Assembly: GCF_006345805.1 (NCBI RefSeq)
Contig: NC_043000.1
Location: 372,001 to 436,000, forward strand
Reading direction: 5' to 3'
Origin: Octopus sinensis
Lineage: Eukaryota
DNA length: 64,000 bases
Positions 1 through 11,871 of the stretch are shown here, one piece after another. The notes below the pieces were generated by a model. The model did not search any database. It was not told where the DNA came from and worked only from the letters and a program-made list of their open reading frames with translations. Position 1 is the stretch's first letter; each line of letters starts with the position of its first letter. Position numbers and translations under genes: made by a program.

Positions 1-106
1 ATCAAAACAGATGCAACGGGTAATCATTGCTATATTTCTCTCCTACTGAGACTTCCAGCTATTTGAATCTATTTAATTCTTCTGATTCTCCGTGTGCTGT
101 GTATAA

Positions 107-139
<33 letters not shown>

Positions 140-235
140 CACACACACTATGCATGCATCCATATATACATACATGCATATACTTACATATATAAGCACG
201 CGCGTGTGTGTGTGTATATATGTATAAATATGTGT

Positions 236-416
236 GGGTGAGCTGGCAGAACCGTTAGCAGGCCGGATAAATACTTAGCGGTATTTCGTCTGTTTTTGCG
301 TTCTGAGTTCAAATTTCGTCTCGATCGACTTTGCTTTTCATCCTTTCGGGATGTAATCAACTTCCCTACTCTCTCTCTCTAAAAGCTATTAGGTCTGTAC
401 CAAAATTTGAAACCAT
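236..416 (+). mobile_element. SINE family A copy (tRNA-like head, Nin/Deu-like core), diverged
   Basis: GAGCTGGCAGA A-box-like head, GAGTTCAAAT B-box, GACTTTGCTTTTCATCCTTTCGGG core and AAATTTGAAACCA tail; matches many other copies in the window. Confidence 0.85.
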
Positions 417-420
417 AGAA

Positions 421-696
421 GAGGTGAGTCGGCAGAATTGTCAGGACGCCCAACAAAATGTTTAGCGGCATTTCATCTGTCTTTGTGTTCTGAGTTCAAA
501 TTCCACCAAGGTGGCTTTGCTTTTCATCCTTTCAGGGTTGTCACATTCCGGGTGAAGATGAATCTTCCTCAGAACTATGTTAAGTGTACGTGTGTCAATG
601 GTGTGCTCATTCAATTGCTCGTTAATTTCATGATCAGATAGTTCCATTGTTCGGATCAACTTGAATCCTCGTTGCCTTAAGCGTCGGAATGCAAGT
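421..696 (+). mobile_element. Chimeric SINE: family A head and core joined to the tail seen on the family D copy at 61635
   Basis: 421-540 matches family A; 541-696 (GAACTATGTTAAG...GTTAATTTCA...CGGATCAAC) matches 61861-62012. Confidence 0.75.
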
Positions 697-929
697 TTAC
701 CATTATATATATAAAATGTATGTGTTCTACACTTGACTAGTGAGACACTGTTATGTCTTTATATAGTGAACATCTGATTCAAAGCTTAAATTGATTCAAA
801 GCAACCAATTGACTTTGATGTAAAGAATGTGACGTATAAAGAATGTGTGAATTAGAGCTGCACAACTAGGTATAAAGTGAGGGGTCCAAAAGCTTCACTG
901 ATAAAATATCTATGTGCTATTTGGTCCAG

Positions 930-1500
930 CGCCTTAATTCGTGTAATAACTATTCACCATTATGTAAAGATTTTTTGATCCAAAACTTTAATTGGTGAAA
1001 TACCATCACACCATATTCTCATAATATCCTTTCATTATACATTTAATGAATGACCCAACACCTTGACGGGTGTAAACCCAAATCTTCTGTATGTCATTAC
1101 ATTGCCGTATTCTTGTCAGCTGCCGATAATATCCTCTAAATTTTCCACTTCATTTTCTTAAGAATTTTTTCATGGCTGTCTAGGATGAGAGAAAATCTCG
1201 ATTTATCCCGGAAGATAACATTTTGGAAACAATCCAGAAAAACCACTTTGTATTAGTAAATGTTTTATTTAACTATTTTCCCGATAATTGGAGATTCTAG
1301 ACAACAAACTCCAATTACAATTTCTGAACAGCTTCAAAAAGTTTCAAGAAGTGAGAATAGATAGATTTCTCTCGTTGCTTGTCGAGAAGGTTTTTTTTTA
1401 TGATAAGAAAGGAAAGGTCTGTTTCTTGTCACTAGATTTTAGTCTAGTGAACCTTCTCTTATCGCTTGAACTTTGAGCCTTTGCTCTGACGGGCTCATTT
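930..1500 (-). pseudogene. Highly decayed Tc1-family transposase relic
   Basis: Minus strand 1228-1187 translates FQNVIFRDKSRFSL, resembling the Tc1 first catalytic motif WxxVIFSDESRF; frame broken and boundaries approximate. Confidence 0.5.
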
Positions 1501-2061
1501 TCCCTCGCTGATGAACCCTATTACATGATTTTCAAAGATTATTCTACCTATTGCAGTGAATGGAATATTTTTTTTTGTTTTTTATTTTTGTAAATTTTTG
1601 ATAGCCCCCAATCTCTGAATTTCTTTCCGCAAAAGAAATTCTATGTAAATTAAAATGTAATTGAACGTATAACTTATGAAAATGGAATCCATCAAATTTG
1701 AGAGTAGGGATGGTACCCACTTTCCACGAAGATGCGAACAGTAGTAAGAAGTATCACTACATAAAAAAGAAAATACTTAGCATAAAACATCTAAAAAAAA
1801 AAACAAGGTGAATGAAAAAAATTCTAATCAAAAAAACCTAAATGAAAAGAATTAAAATATGAAAACGGTGGTGAAAATTGGCAAATACAATGACTTTATC
1901 ATACTAGGTATGTCTGTGTGAGTATACATGTGTATATATACCCACATTTATGAATATATATACACATATGCGTTTATATAATACAGCTCTATATTTAAGA
2001 GACGAGGAATTATGTACATTATTTACATTTACGGATATTTGTCCTCATCTTGTTTGTTGTT

Positions 2062-2107
2062 AACACAACGTTTCGGCTGATATACCCACCAGCCTTCATC
2101 AGGTGTC
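2062..2107 (-). ncRNA. Minimal type-I hammerhead ribozyme motif (no stem III loop) in a Penelope-like terminal fragment
   Basis: Minus strand reads GACAC-CTGATGA-A-GGCTG-(10 nt)-CAGCC-GAAA-CG-TT-GTGTT: 5-bp stem I, intact core, 5-bp stem II, palindromic AACGTT. Confidence 0.8.
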
Positions 2108-2277
2108 TTTGGGGAAATTTCTTGGATATGCTTTTGTTTTGAAAAATCATTTCTCATCTGAAGATTATGGTCTTTTAAGATGAGGTAATGTCCTCGTTCT
2201 TCTATTAAAAGTTACGTAAGGAACAACTGTAATGCGCTGACAGTTATCCATCGGATGTTATAATTCATTTGATGATG

Positions 2278-2309
<32 letters not shown>

Positions 2310-2319
2310 ATATATAATT

Positions 2320-2730
2320 AATCCCCCAAAACGGAGAAAAACACAAGATAAAACAACAATACGAGAACATGGTACACGCAAAGTATTACTAAGACGCTCA
2401 AGGAAAGAGAGAAACGGTGTTTTACGTTTCAAGCAAAGCTTTTCTTCAGAAACAGGAGACAGAGGTAAGTCGAAAATGAAGACGGAGGAAGATAACCACC
2501 AACAATATGTATAGTTGGTTAAAAAACGGATAAAAAAGACAAGAAAAAAAAACAACAAAACGCGACGACGTCGTACGTGCGAGGGATTAATGAGATGCCC
2601 AGAGAAAGAAAAAAATGGTTCTTTTACGTTTCGAGCATAGCCCACATTCGGAAACAGAAGACAGGAAAGTCCAAAAGAAAAGGAAGAAGGAGGGAAAAAA
2701 TCACCAGCAGTCCACGTCTAGTTACATTTA
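2320..2730 (-). mobile_element. Tandem dimer of ~200-bp hammerhead-bearing element (family P)
   Basis: Two related units 202 bp apart; hammerhead at 2418-2454 is intact (TGTTT-CTGAAGA-A-AAGC-TTT-GCTT-GAAA-CG-TA-AAACA), the one at ~2620-2656 has a decayed core. Confidence 0.75.
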
Positions 2731-2744
2731 TATATATATAAGTA

Positions 2745-3151
2745 CAGGCGTGGCTGTGTGGTAAGCTTGCTTCCCAACCACATACTTCCGGGTTCAGTCT
2801 CACTGCGTGGCACCTTGGGCAACTGTCTTCTACTAAGGCCTCGGATCGAACAAAATCTTGTGAGTGGTTTTGGTAGAAGGATACTGAAAGAAGCTCGTCA
2901 TATATTACTGTTATTCTTTTACTTGTTTCAGTCATTTGACTGCGGTCATGCAGGAGCCCACATCGACCCCAGGACTTATTCTTTGTAAGCCTAGCACTTA
3001 TTCTATCGGTCTCTTTATCCGAAACACTAAGTTACGGAAACGTAAACACACCAGCTTCAGTTGTCAAGCGACGGTGAGGGTACAAACACAGACACAGAAA
3101 TATATATATGTGTGTGTGTGTGGTGTGTGGTGTGTGTGTATGTGTGTGTGT

Positions 3152-3216
<65 letters not shown>

Positions 3217-3580
3217 TGTGTTTCCACTTACGATATCCACTCACAAGGCTTTGGTCGGCCCGAAGTTACTAGGAGAAGACAATTGCCCAAGGTACCACGC
3301 AATGGGACTGAACCTGGAACTATGTTGTTGGGAAGCAAGCTTCTTATCACATTGTTTGTATATATTTATATATGCGTGTGTGGCCATGTTTGTCACCACT
3401 GCCATTGCTTGACAACCGATGCTGGCGTGTTTACGTTCCCGTAACTTAAATGTTTCGCAAAACAGACTTATAGAATAAGCACTAGGATTACAAAGACTAA
3501 GTCCTGGATCGAATTTTTTGACTAAAGGCGGTGCTCCAGCATGACCGCAGTCAAATGACTGAAGCAAGTAAAAGAATAAA
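2745..3580. mobile_element. SINE family B plus-strand copy with a minus-strand family B copy nested in its internal microsatellite
   Basis: Order: + 5' half 2745-2905, - 3' half 2912-3100, (TG)n, - 5' half 3225-3345, + 3' half 3380-3580. Confidence 0.75.
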
Positions 3581-3635
3581 ACAATATATATATACGTATG
3601 TATATATATATGTATATATATGTATATATATGTAT

Positions 3636-3677
<42 letters not shown>

Positions 3678-3696
3678 ATATACGTATGTATATATA

Positions 3697-3728
<32 letters not shown>

Positions 3729-3738
3729 GTGTATATAC

Positions 3739-3772
<34 letters not shown>

Positions 3773-4173
3773 TATGTATATATATAGGTATACATACATA
3801 TATATAATATGTATATATAATATATATATATAGGTGTACATACATGTATATGTATATATATATGTATCTATGTATGTATATATATATATTATATATACGT
3901 ACCTAAAATAGTGTATACAAATAGATGTACGATTGATACTGCTAGGCATAGAGTTCCAGGTAGTTTATTGTAATACAATTTGTTTGTTCTATGGTTGTTA
4001 AGTAATTTATATGTTGGGTAACCAGGAAATGCAGAGAAAATAAGGATAAACACAAGTTCATATTACAGTTCCTACGTGAGGTTCGCCATGATGGTTGTTT
4101 GGAACTCTGTAAAAGGGGTCCCCATTCTTTTGGATGTGCAGCCTTAACATATAATCAGGGAAACATTTTATTA

Positions 4174-4225
<52 letters not shown>

Positions 4226-4227
<2 letters not shown>

Positions 4228-4620
4228 CGCAGGAGTGGCTGTGTGGTAAGTAGCTTGTTTACCAACCACATGGTTCCGGGTTCAGTCCCACTGCGTGGCA
4301 TCTTGGGCAAGTGTCTTCTACTATAGCCCCGAGCCGACCAATGCCTTGTGAGTGGATTTGGTAGACAGAAACTGAAAGAAGCCTGTCGTATATATGTATA
4401 TATGTATGTATGTGTGTGTGTATGTTTGTGTGTCTGTGTTTGTCCCCCTAGCATTGCTTGACAACCGATGCTGGTGTGTTTACGTCCCCGTCACTTAGCG
4501 GTTCGGCAAAAGAGACTGATAGAATAAGTACTGGGATAAGTCCCGGGATCGATTTGCTCGACTAAAGGCGGTGCTCCAGCATGGCCGCAGTCAAATGACT
4601 GAAACAAGTAAAAAAGAGAG
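4226..4620 (+). mobile_element. SINE family B, full length (tRNA-like head, CORE-like segment, internal TA/TG microsatellite)
   Basis: TGGCTGTGTGG A-box, GGTTCAGTCCC B-box, CTTGGGCAAGTGTCTT CORE-like motif, 3' end GGCCGCAGTCAAATGACTGAAACAAGTAAAA. Confidence 0.9.
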
Positions 4621-4673
4621 TATATGTATATATATAGGTATACATACATATATATATATATGTATATATAGGT

Positions 4674-4716
<43 letters not shown>

Positions 4717-5056
4717 TGTACATACATGTATATGTATATATATATGTATCTATGTATGTATATATATATATATATACGTACCTAAAATAGTGTATACAAA
4801 TAGATGTACGATTGATACTGCTAGGCATAGAGTTCCAGGTAGTTTATTGTAATACAATTTGTTTGTTCTATGGTTGTTAAGTAATTTATATGTTGGGTAA
4901 CCAGGAAATGCAGAGAAAATAAGGATAAACACAAGTTCATATTACAGTTCCTACGTGAGGTTCGCCATGATGGTTGTTTGGAACTCTGTAAAAGGGGTCC
5001 CCATTCTTTTGGATGTGCAGCCTTAACATATAATCAGGGAAACATTTTATTATAAC

Positions 5057-5100
<44 letters not shown>

Positions 5101-5495
5101 GGCGCAGGAGTGGCTGTGTGGTAAGTAGCTTGTTTACCAACCACATGGTTCCGGGTTCAGTCCCACTGCGTGGCATCTTGGGCAAGTGTCTTCTACTATA
5201 GCCCCGAGCCGACCAATGCCTTGTGAGTGGATTTGGTAGACAGAAACTGAAAGAAGCCTGTCGTATATATGTATATATGTATGTATGTGTGTGTGTATGT
5301 TTGTGTGTCTGTGTTTGTCCCCCTAGCATTGCTTGACAACCGATGCTGGTGTGTTTACGTCCCCGTCACTTAGCGGTTCGGCAAAAGAGACTGATAGAAT
5401 AAGTACTGGGATAAGTCCCGGGATCGATTTGCTCGACTAAAGGCGGTGCTCCAGCATGGCCGCAGTCAAATGACTGAAACAAGTAAAAAAGAGAG
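5101..5495 (+). mobile_element. SINE family B, full length (second unit of the duplication)
   Basis: Same sequence as 4226-4620. Confidence 0.9.
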
Positions 5496-5540
5496 TATAT
5501 GTATATATATATGTGTGTGTGCGTGTGTGTAAATAATGTA

Positions 5541-5589
<49 letters not shown>

Positions 5590-5644
5590 AGCAGGACAGT
5601 GGAGACACACAAGGAAGCCGAATGACAACAAACATGGAGGGTCG

Positions 5645-5892
5645 TTATGAAAAGAGATTAAAAAACCCTCTTGAATATTTGCACACAAAATTATATGTAC
5701 TTGACCCAATAATCCCTTCTTAAGTTATATGAACAAGAACAGGAAATTTCACTCTGTATAACTGCAATAAATATACAATGAATCGTTTCTCTCGAAGAGC
5801 TTAGGCTCGAAACATCAAAGACTTTTCCATTCTTCCTGAGCGTCAAACTAATACACCTGCTTGTTATTCCCTCATATATCTTCGTCTTTCAT
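5645..5892 (+). mobile_element. Family P element with variant hammerhead core
   Basis: TTT-CTCTCGA-A-GAGC-TTAG-GCTC-GAAA-CA-TC-AAAG at 5786-5820; colinear with 8316-8620. Confidence 0.7.
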
Positions 5893-6332
5893 TTCATACG
5901 CATGTATGTATGTACGTATGTATGTATGTATGTATGTATGTATGTATGTATGTAGTATGTATGTATGTGTGTATGTATTCTCCGCTTACGAATATATGAT
6001 ACTTATGTCACACATCTGTTACAAACCTCTCTTTCTACATTCCGTTTACCGTATCCACCTAAAAGCAGGCTTTGTATATTTCAGCGCTAAAAGCATTCAT
6101 TTGATAAACGTTCATTTGCATACTCATAACTTTCGAAGGCATTTGGTTTACTTTACAACGGTCTACTAATATGCAAAAAGATACTTGATTATTTTGTTGA
6201 AATCTATGTGAAATTAGCTGATAATGGTCACTTGAACATGTTTGTCGATATTTTCCACAAAAACATAGATTAACTATGGATGTTTTATTCATAGTAAATA
6301 CAAATAATATGCCAATACAGGTAAAGTACATG

Positions 6333-6582
6333 GTGGAGGCGCGTGGCTTAGGGGTTAGGGTGTCACCATCATGATCGTAAGATTGTGATTTCGATTCCTG
6401 GACCGAGCGACGCGTTGTGTTCTTGGGCAAAACACTTCATTTCACGTTGCTCCAGTCCACTCAGCTGGCAAAAATGAGCAACGCTGCGATGGACTGGGGA
6501 ACACATACGCCATTGAAACCGGGAAACCGGGCCCATAGGCCTGGCTAGGTTTTAAAAGGGCACATTTAATATATTTATTTTA
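6333..6582 (+). mobile_element. SINE family C with 11-bp target-site duplication
   Basis: GGCGCGTGGCTTAG head, TTCGATTCC B-box, CTGCGATGGACTGG V-domain-like motif; TSD TAAAG(T/C)ACATG at 6322-6332 and 6583-6593. Confidence 0.85.
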
Positions 6583-7195
6583 TAAAGCACATGAGATATG
6601 AAATATGAAAGTAAATCTGGAGTTATAACATACTGAATGTGGTGATGATGACTGTATCAATTACAACAACATTCCGATGATCCGCAGCCTCTTACTACGA
6701 AACGCAGCAAATAAATAAATAAATAAAAATGGAAAGAAAAGAATGAGAGATAAGAAAGAGAGCACCACTGCCATTTCTTTGTTTAGAAAATCTCGAAAAG
6801 TTAATAGACTTAAGAATATTATTATACCAATCCAAACAAACGATTAATAAGGATATATAAAAGAAAGTTTTAATACAAAAAAGAAATGATTCAAACGCAG
6901 CCATGTCTTCAATATAGTACTCATAACGCGCCCTCAGACACGTACACACATACACATACACATACACACATATAAATACAGAGTTTTCAAACGTGTAATA
7001 ATGATGAAGCCACAACACACATACATATACACACATGCCCTCGTACACGCTCGACCACATTGCGGTTTTTACCGCACCCTCCCCCCCCTCTTACATCTAT
7101 CAATGCAAGATGTTTTAACGAACATCTAACTTCCTCTTTCTGCTCTCCCTTTCCATCACGTAATATTTATGGTTACCTTACGTCATATACTCTGC

Positions 7196-7208
7196 TGACC
7201 TTTGACCT
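7196..7208. promoter_or_regulatory. Perfect DR1 nuclear-receptor element
   Basis: TGACCT-T-TGACCT (AGGTCA-A-AGGTCA on the minus strand) in non-repetitive sequence; function untested. Confidence 0.35.
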
Positions 7209-7384
7209 GACATTCCTGTCAGCCACCAACTGCTCGCTGACTTCCTATTTACGAATGCATGCCCTCAACACTTGTAGACACACATTACATACACAGATAT
7301 CTTAACAGGTATATATATATATATATATATAATATATATATATATATAATATATATATATGAACTATATAAACTATATATATAT

Positions 7385-7521
7385 AAACTACACTTTTAGC
7401 TTGTTAATTATCGTGTGCGTGTGCATGCATTTGCGTATGTATGTATATATATATATACATACATACATACGGAAATGCATGCACACGCACACGATAATTA
7501 ACAAGCTAAAAAGTGTAGTTT
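7385..7521. repeat. Near-perfect palindrome centred on a (TA)n tract
   Basis: AAACTACACTTTTAGCTTGTTAATTATCGTGTGCGTGTGCATGCATTT pairs with AAATGCATGCACACGCACACGATAATTAACAAGCTAAAAAGTGTAGTTT. Confidence 0.92.
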
Positions 7522-7663
7522 TTTATAGAACAAATAAATATACATCAAGTTAATCAAATATTTATGACTATACCCCACACATATCTACACACACACTCCC
7601 TAAAACATTTGTATGTGTGTGTGTATGTGTGTGTGTGTGTTACGTTCATATTACCTCTCACAT

Positions 7664-7695
<32 letters not shown>

Positions 7696-8152
7696 CGTGT
7701 GTGGGTGCGTATGTGTATGTGTGTGTGTGTGTTACATTCATACTACCTCTCACATTATATATATGTGTGTGTGTGTGTGGGCGCGTGTGTGTATGTGTAG
7801 GTGTGTGTATCTGTGTCGACAGTTAGAGCTAGGATGAATGTGTGTTTGTGTGCGTGTGCACGCGAGCGTGTTTGGTGTAATATGTGTGTGTATAGTGAAG
7901 AATGTGTGTGTGCGCTTTAGTGTGCATGCATGCATGTGTGTGTCTGTGTGTGTGTGTGCCTAGAATTAGAGCTAGGATGAATGTGTGTTGGGTGTGTGCA
8001 TGTGTGTGTTCGTGTAGGTGTGTGTGTGTGTATGTGCTGTAATATGTGTGTGTATGGTGAAGTATGTGTGTGATTGTGCGTCTGAGAGTGTATGCATTCA
8101 TGTGTGTGTATGTGTGTATGTGTGTGTGCGTGTGTGCGTGTGTGTGTGTGTG

Positions 8153-8191
<39 letters not shown>

Positions 8192-8315
8192 AAATGCTTC
8201 AATTAAATACATAAGTCTATGCCATCGGATCTGAAGGCCGCGTCACCGTCATAGGTATTACTTCTACAGCTTTGCTGGGCAGAAAGTAATTTTTCCGATG
8301 ATGGATATGTTGTGT

Positions 8316-8620
8316 TTTATGAAAAGAAAGTTAAAAGCTCTCTTTAATATTTGCACCCAACATTATATGTACTTGACCCAATGACATCAGACCAGTCTCA
8401 TGTACTTTTCAGTAATCCTTTCTCCTTAAGTTACACGAACAAGAACAGGAAATTTCACACTGTATAGCTGTAATAAATATACAATGACTCGTTTCTCTTG
8501 AAGAGCTTAGGCCCGAAACGTCAAAGACTTTTTCATTTATTCGTGAGCGTCAAACTAATACACCTCCTACTTGTTATTCCCTCATATATTTTCGTCTTTT
8601 ATTTTCTGCAAATTAGAACT
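8316..8620 (+). mobile_element. Family P element with variant hammerhead core
   Basis: TTT-CTCTTGA-A-GAGC-TTAG-GCCC-GAAA-CG-TC-AAAG at 8492-8526; ends at a TA tract. Confidence 0.7.
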
Positions 8621-8786
8621 ATATATATATATGAGGAAAGACACACAAATAAGAAAGGAGAAAGCAAAGGACCACTGATGAGGTCACAGAAGTGTGACGG
8701 AAGAACGCTGGCCGAAATACGATTAATGTAAAAAATAAAATAAAGCTGAACCAAATTAACACCAAATATATAGTGCGTGTGTTTTA

Positions 8787-8893
8787 TTGGCCTGCTCGCT
8801 TAGCCAGCAGGGTGGAGTCATTTGAAGGCTAAAACAATGCTAAGCGCATTGTGACCAGTGATGTGCAGCTTGGTCGGTCACGTGATCACGTGA
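8787..8893 (+). mobile_element. Isolated 3' tail of SINE family D (tail type ii)
   Basis: TTGGCCTGCTCGCTTAG...TTTGAAGGCTAAAACAATGC...GGTCGGTCACGTGATCACG is the reverse complement of 22743-22865. Confidence 0.75.
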
Positions 8894-9227
8894 TATATAT
8901 ATATATAGTCCAAATTTGCAGAAGACAATTTAGTACATTAACAATTTAATACATTATATCTGAACGGCTCCGATTTCTTGTACTCAGAGTTGCTTTTCCG
9001 ATTATCAGCTGGTAAACTTCATTTGAGTATCCACAGCCTGCAAATTTTTTGAAATATGAAATGAAAATTTTAACGCAGTACCTATTGTTATGTTCTTTTG
9101 TTTACACGTAGGAAAACGGTTACTCAAGCATACGCTTTTGATTTCATTCCTGGTTAACGTGACAATGCCATTATAACTGTCATATACTCGATACAATTGA
9201 AGATATAAAATTATGCTGTAGTTCAAG

Positions 9228-9752
9228 TTCCTGCAAAACCTGGTGGAACAAAATCCCATAATAATTATTGAAGAACTAGCAGAGAATCTTGGATTTGATC
9301 ATTCAACCATTCATCGACACATGCGTGCCATCAGAAAAGTCAGCAAATTGGGTCAATGGGTTCCTCACAAACTTTCCGAGTCTAATGCTTGGCCACATAC
9401 AGTGAGGATGATATACCCAAGGCTGGAGCAGTTTGAATGGGAAACGATGCCTTATCCACCATATTCGCCGGACATTGCTCCATCTGATTATCATTTATTC
9501 CGCAGTCTTCAAAATCATTTATGCGGAAAAAAATATATTAATTCTGTAAAGGAAGTCAGAACAGTACTCGAGGAGTATTTTTCATCATGGACAAGTGAAT
9601 TCTGGAAGAGGAGCCTTGCAATTCTACCAGAGAGATGGGAGAGCATTGTAGAAAATGAAGGAAAGTATATTTCAGAGTAAAAAATAATTTTATCTCAGTT
9701 TTGAAAAGTAAAAGAAGTATAAAAAACCGCATTATTTATGGGCTGACACATT
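9228..9752 (+). pseudogene. Internally deleted mariner (DD34D) transposase relic with probable 3' TIR
   Basis: ORF 9243-9680 has an HTH remnant, WVPHKL and YSPDIAPSDYHLF, but the segment with the first two catalytic Asp is missing; CGCATTATTTATGGG...ACA resembles a mariner TIR. Confidence 0.9.
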
Positions 9753-9757
9753 CGATG

Positions 9758-9990
9758 GTTTTTTCCAAGGATTCTAATGCTCTTAGCTTAGTTTTTCCTG
9801 GGGCTGGCCAGATTGGAGCAATCTCAAGATTAATCAGCCGAAATTGCGAGGATGACCCAGTTCTTGACTGAAGATAAAAGGCTTCGAATGACTCGTCCTT
9901 GATTTTGTATCGTCTATCTGGATGTTTCGTTGTCCCATTTTGTATCACTTAGTTGTCCGAATGTTTTGTACTCTTGTCTCATTTTGTATT
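9758..9990 (+). mobile_element. Interspersed repeat family Q (also ~20645-20760, 32850-32920, 33470-33630), possibly a Penelope-like terminus
   Basis: Shared CTCTTAGCTTAGTTTTTC...GGGGCTG...CAGCCGAAATTGC...GAATGACYCGTCC; copies end at TA tracts. Confidence 0.6.
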
Positions 9991-10628
9991 TTATTTTATA
10001 TATATATATATATATATGTGTGTGTATGTGTGTGTCTGTGTGTCTGTGTAACATATATATGTATATATTTATGTCTGTGTCTATTTATATATACACAGAT
10101 ATAGACAGACAGATAGATAGATCGTTGTGTTTGTGTTTTTTGTGCCTGTGTTTGTCCCTTCACATCGCTTGCCAAGCGGTTTGTCTTTGTTTGCGTCCAC
10201 GTAACCTAGAAGTTCAGCAAAAAAACCAATAGAATAAATATCAGACCTCAAAATTGATAAGTACTAGAGTCGATTTGTTCGACAAAAAGATTCTTCAAGT
10301 GGTGCTCCAGCATGACCGTCGTCCAGTGACAAAATTAAGTAAAAAAATAAATGACAATATTCAAGCTATGTTCTATAAAAAAAACAAAAAACATTTATAA
10401 CGACCCGACAAACGTAAGTAACAATAACAGAAATGACAACCCGAAAAAAAAAATGGTTAAGAGTGAAAAATTAAGAACATTCCGATGAAGAAGAGTCAAA
10501 GAAACAGGGAAGAGAATGGCTGTTGGCAATATGATATAAAATATGTAGCAGAGAAGCTGTCTTTACGTAAAACCTGTCGACGTTCTGTCAAAATCATCAA
10601 AAACGCCATCTTGCTAACTACTCAAAAA

Positions 10629-10728
10629 NNNNNNNNNNNNNNNNNNNNNNNNNNNNNNNNNNNNNNNNNNNNNNNNNNNNNNNNNNNNNNNNNNNNNNNN
10701 NNNNNNNNNNNNNNNNNNNNNNNNNNNN
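10629..10728. other. Assembly gap (100 N)
   Basis: Run of exactly 100 N, usually a placeholder of unknown size. Confidence 0.99.
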
Positions 10729-10859
10729 ACGAAGATGATGATTGAATCGGAAGCGTTAGTGATAGTTGCGGCAGTGAAGGTTGTTGTAGCGATGCTGACT
10801 CAGAGTATTATCAGTTCTGCTGGTGGGTTCTGATGCTTGTAGTGGTGTTGATGGCTGTG

Positions 10860-10869
10860 GTTGTAGTGT

Positions 10870-10915
<46 letters not shown>

Positions 10916-11038
10916 GGTGGTGTGGTGGTGGTGGTAGAAGTAGTAGTAGTAGTTGTAGTAGTAGTAGTGGGAGGAGGGGAAGGGACCGGAGAAGGTGGAG
11001 CAGGAGGGGAGAGGGTGACAACGCCGAGAAGCAGTAGT

Positions 11039-11103
<65 letters not shown>

Positions 11104-11825
11104 CGGGTCTATTGGTGTTCTGTTGCCACTGGTTTCTAGCAGACCTATGATGATTAGAAACTCTTTTCGTCGTGAGCAGCCTATGTATTTTCAGGCTTGG
11201 TGGTGAGTGGTGGTGTTAGTAGTTTTGATACTGAGACATTACTGGTGGAGATGTCAGTAGTGTAGTGTAAAATTCACGTTTATGGTGGCGGCACTCTTGA
11301 CGTTAGTGTTGGAGTTGGTAGTGACAGACGTTGTTTCGGTGATAATAGTGATAGAACTAGAACTAGTGTTAATAGAGATTGTGGTGATAGTGGAGGTGGT
11401 AGCGGCGGCGGCGGCGGTGGCTGTGGCGGTGGTGGTGGTGGTGGTGGTGGTGGTGGAGGATTGTGGTGGCGGCGGTGGTGGTGGCGGCGGTGGCGGCGGC
11501 CGCGGTGGTGGTGGTGGTGGCGGCGGTGGCGGCCGCGGTGGTGGTGGTGGTGGCGGTTTTCGGTGGTGTTGGTGACGGTTACGGTGGTGGTGGTGGTGGC
11601 GGTTTTCGGTGGTGTTGGTGGTGGTTACGGTGGTGGTGGTGGTGGTGGTCGTCGTCGTCGTCGTGGTCATGGTGTTTGTCGTTGTCGTCGTGATAATATT
11701 ATAGCGATGGTAGTATAGGTGGTGTTGGCGAGGGTGGCTAGCAGTACCGATGATGATATTAGAAGTACTACTTGGCAGTTAGGGTGGTAGTAGCTATATT
11801 TAGCTGATAAAGGAAGTGGATGCGT

Positions 11826-11871
<46 letters not shown>

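Larger units (their letters stand above)
3775..5510 (+). repeat. Direct tandem duplication, unit ~875-880 bp
   Basis: ACCTAAAATAGTG at 3901 and 4780, SINE starts at 4226 and 5101; units appear identical except in TA-tract lengths. Confidence 0.95.

Noticed and set aside
4070-4145. Possible exon in the unique part of the tandem duplication
   Set aside because: Weak splice signals and no recognisable peptide
11254-11670. Thr/His/Pro-rich ORF resembling a mucin or extensin
   Set aside because: Almost pure triplet repeats, open in several frames, no splice or domain support
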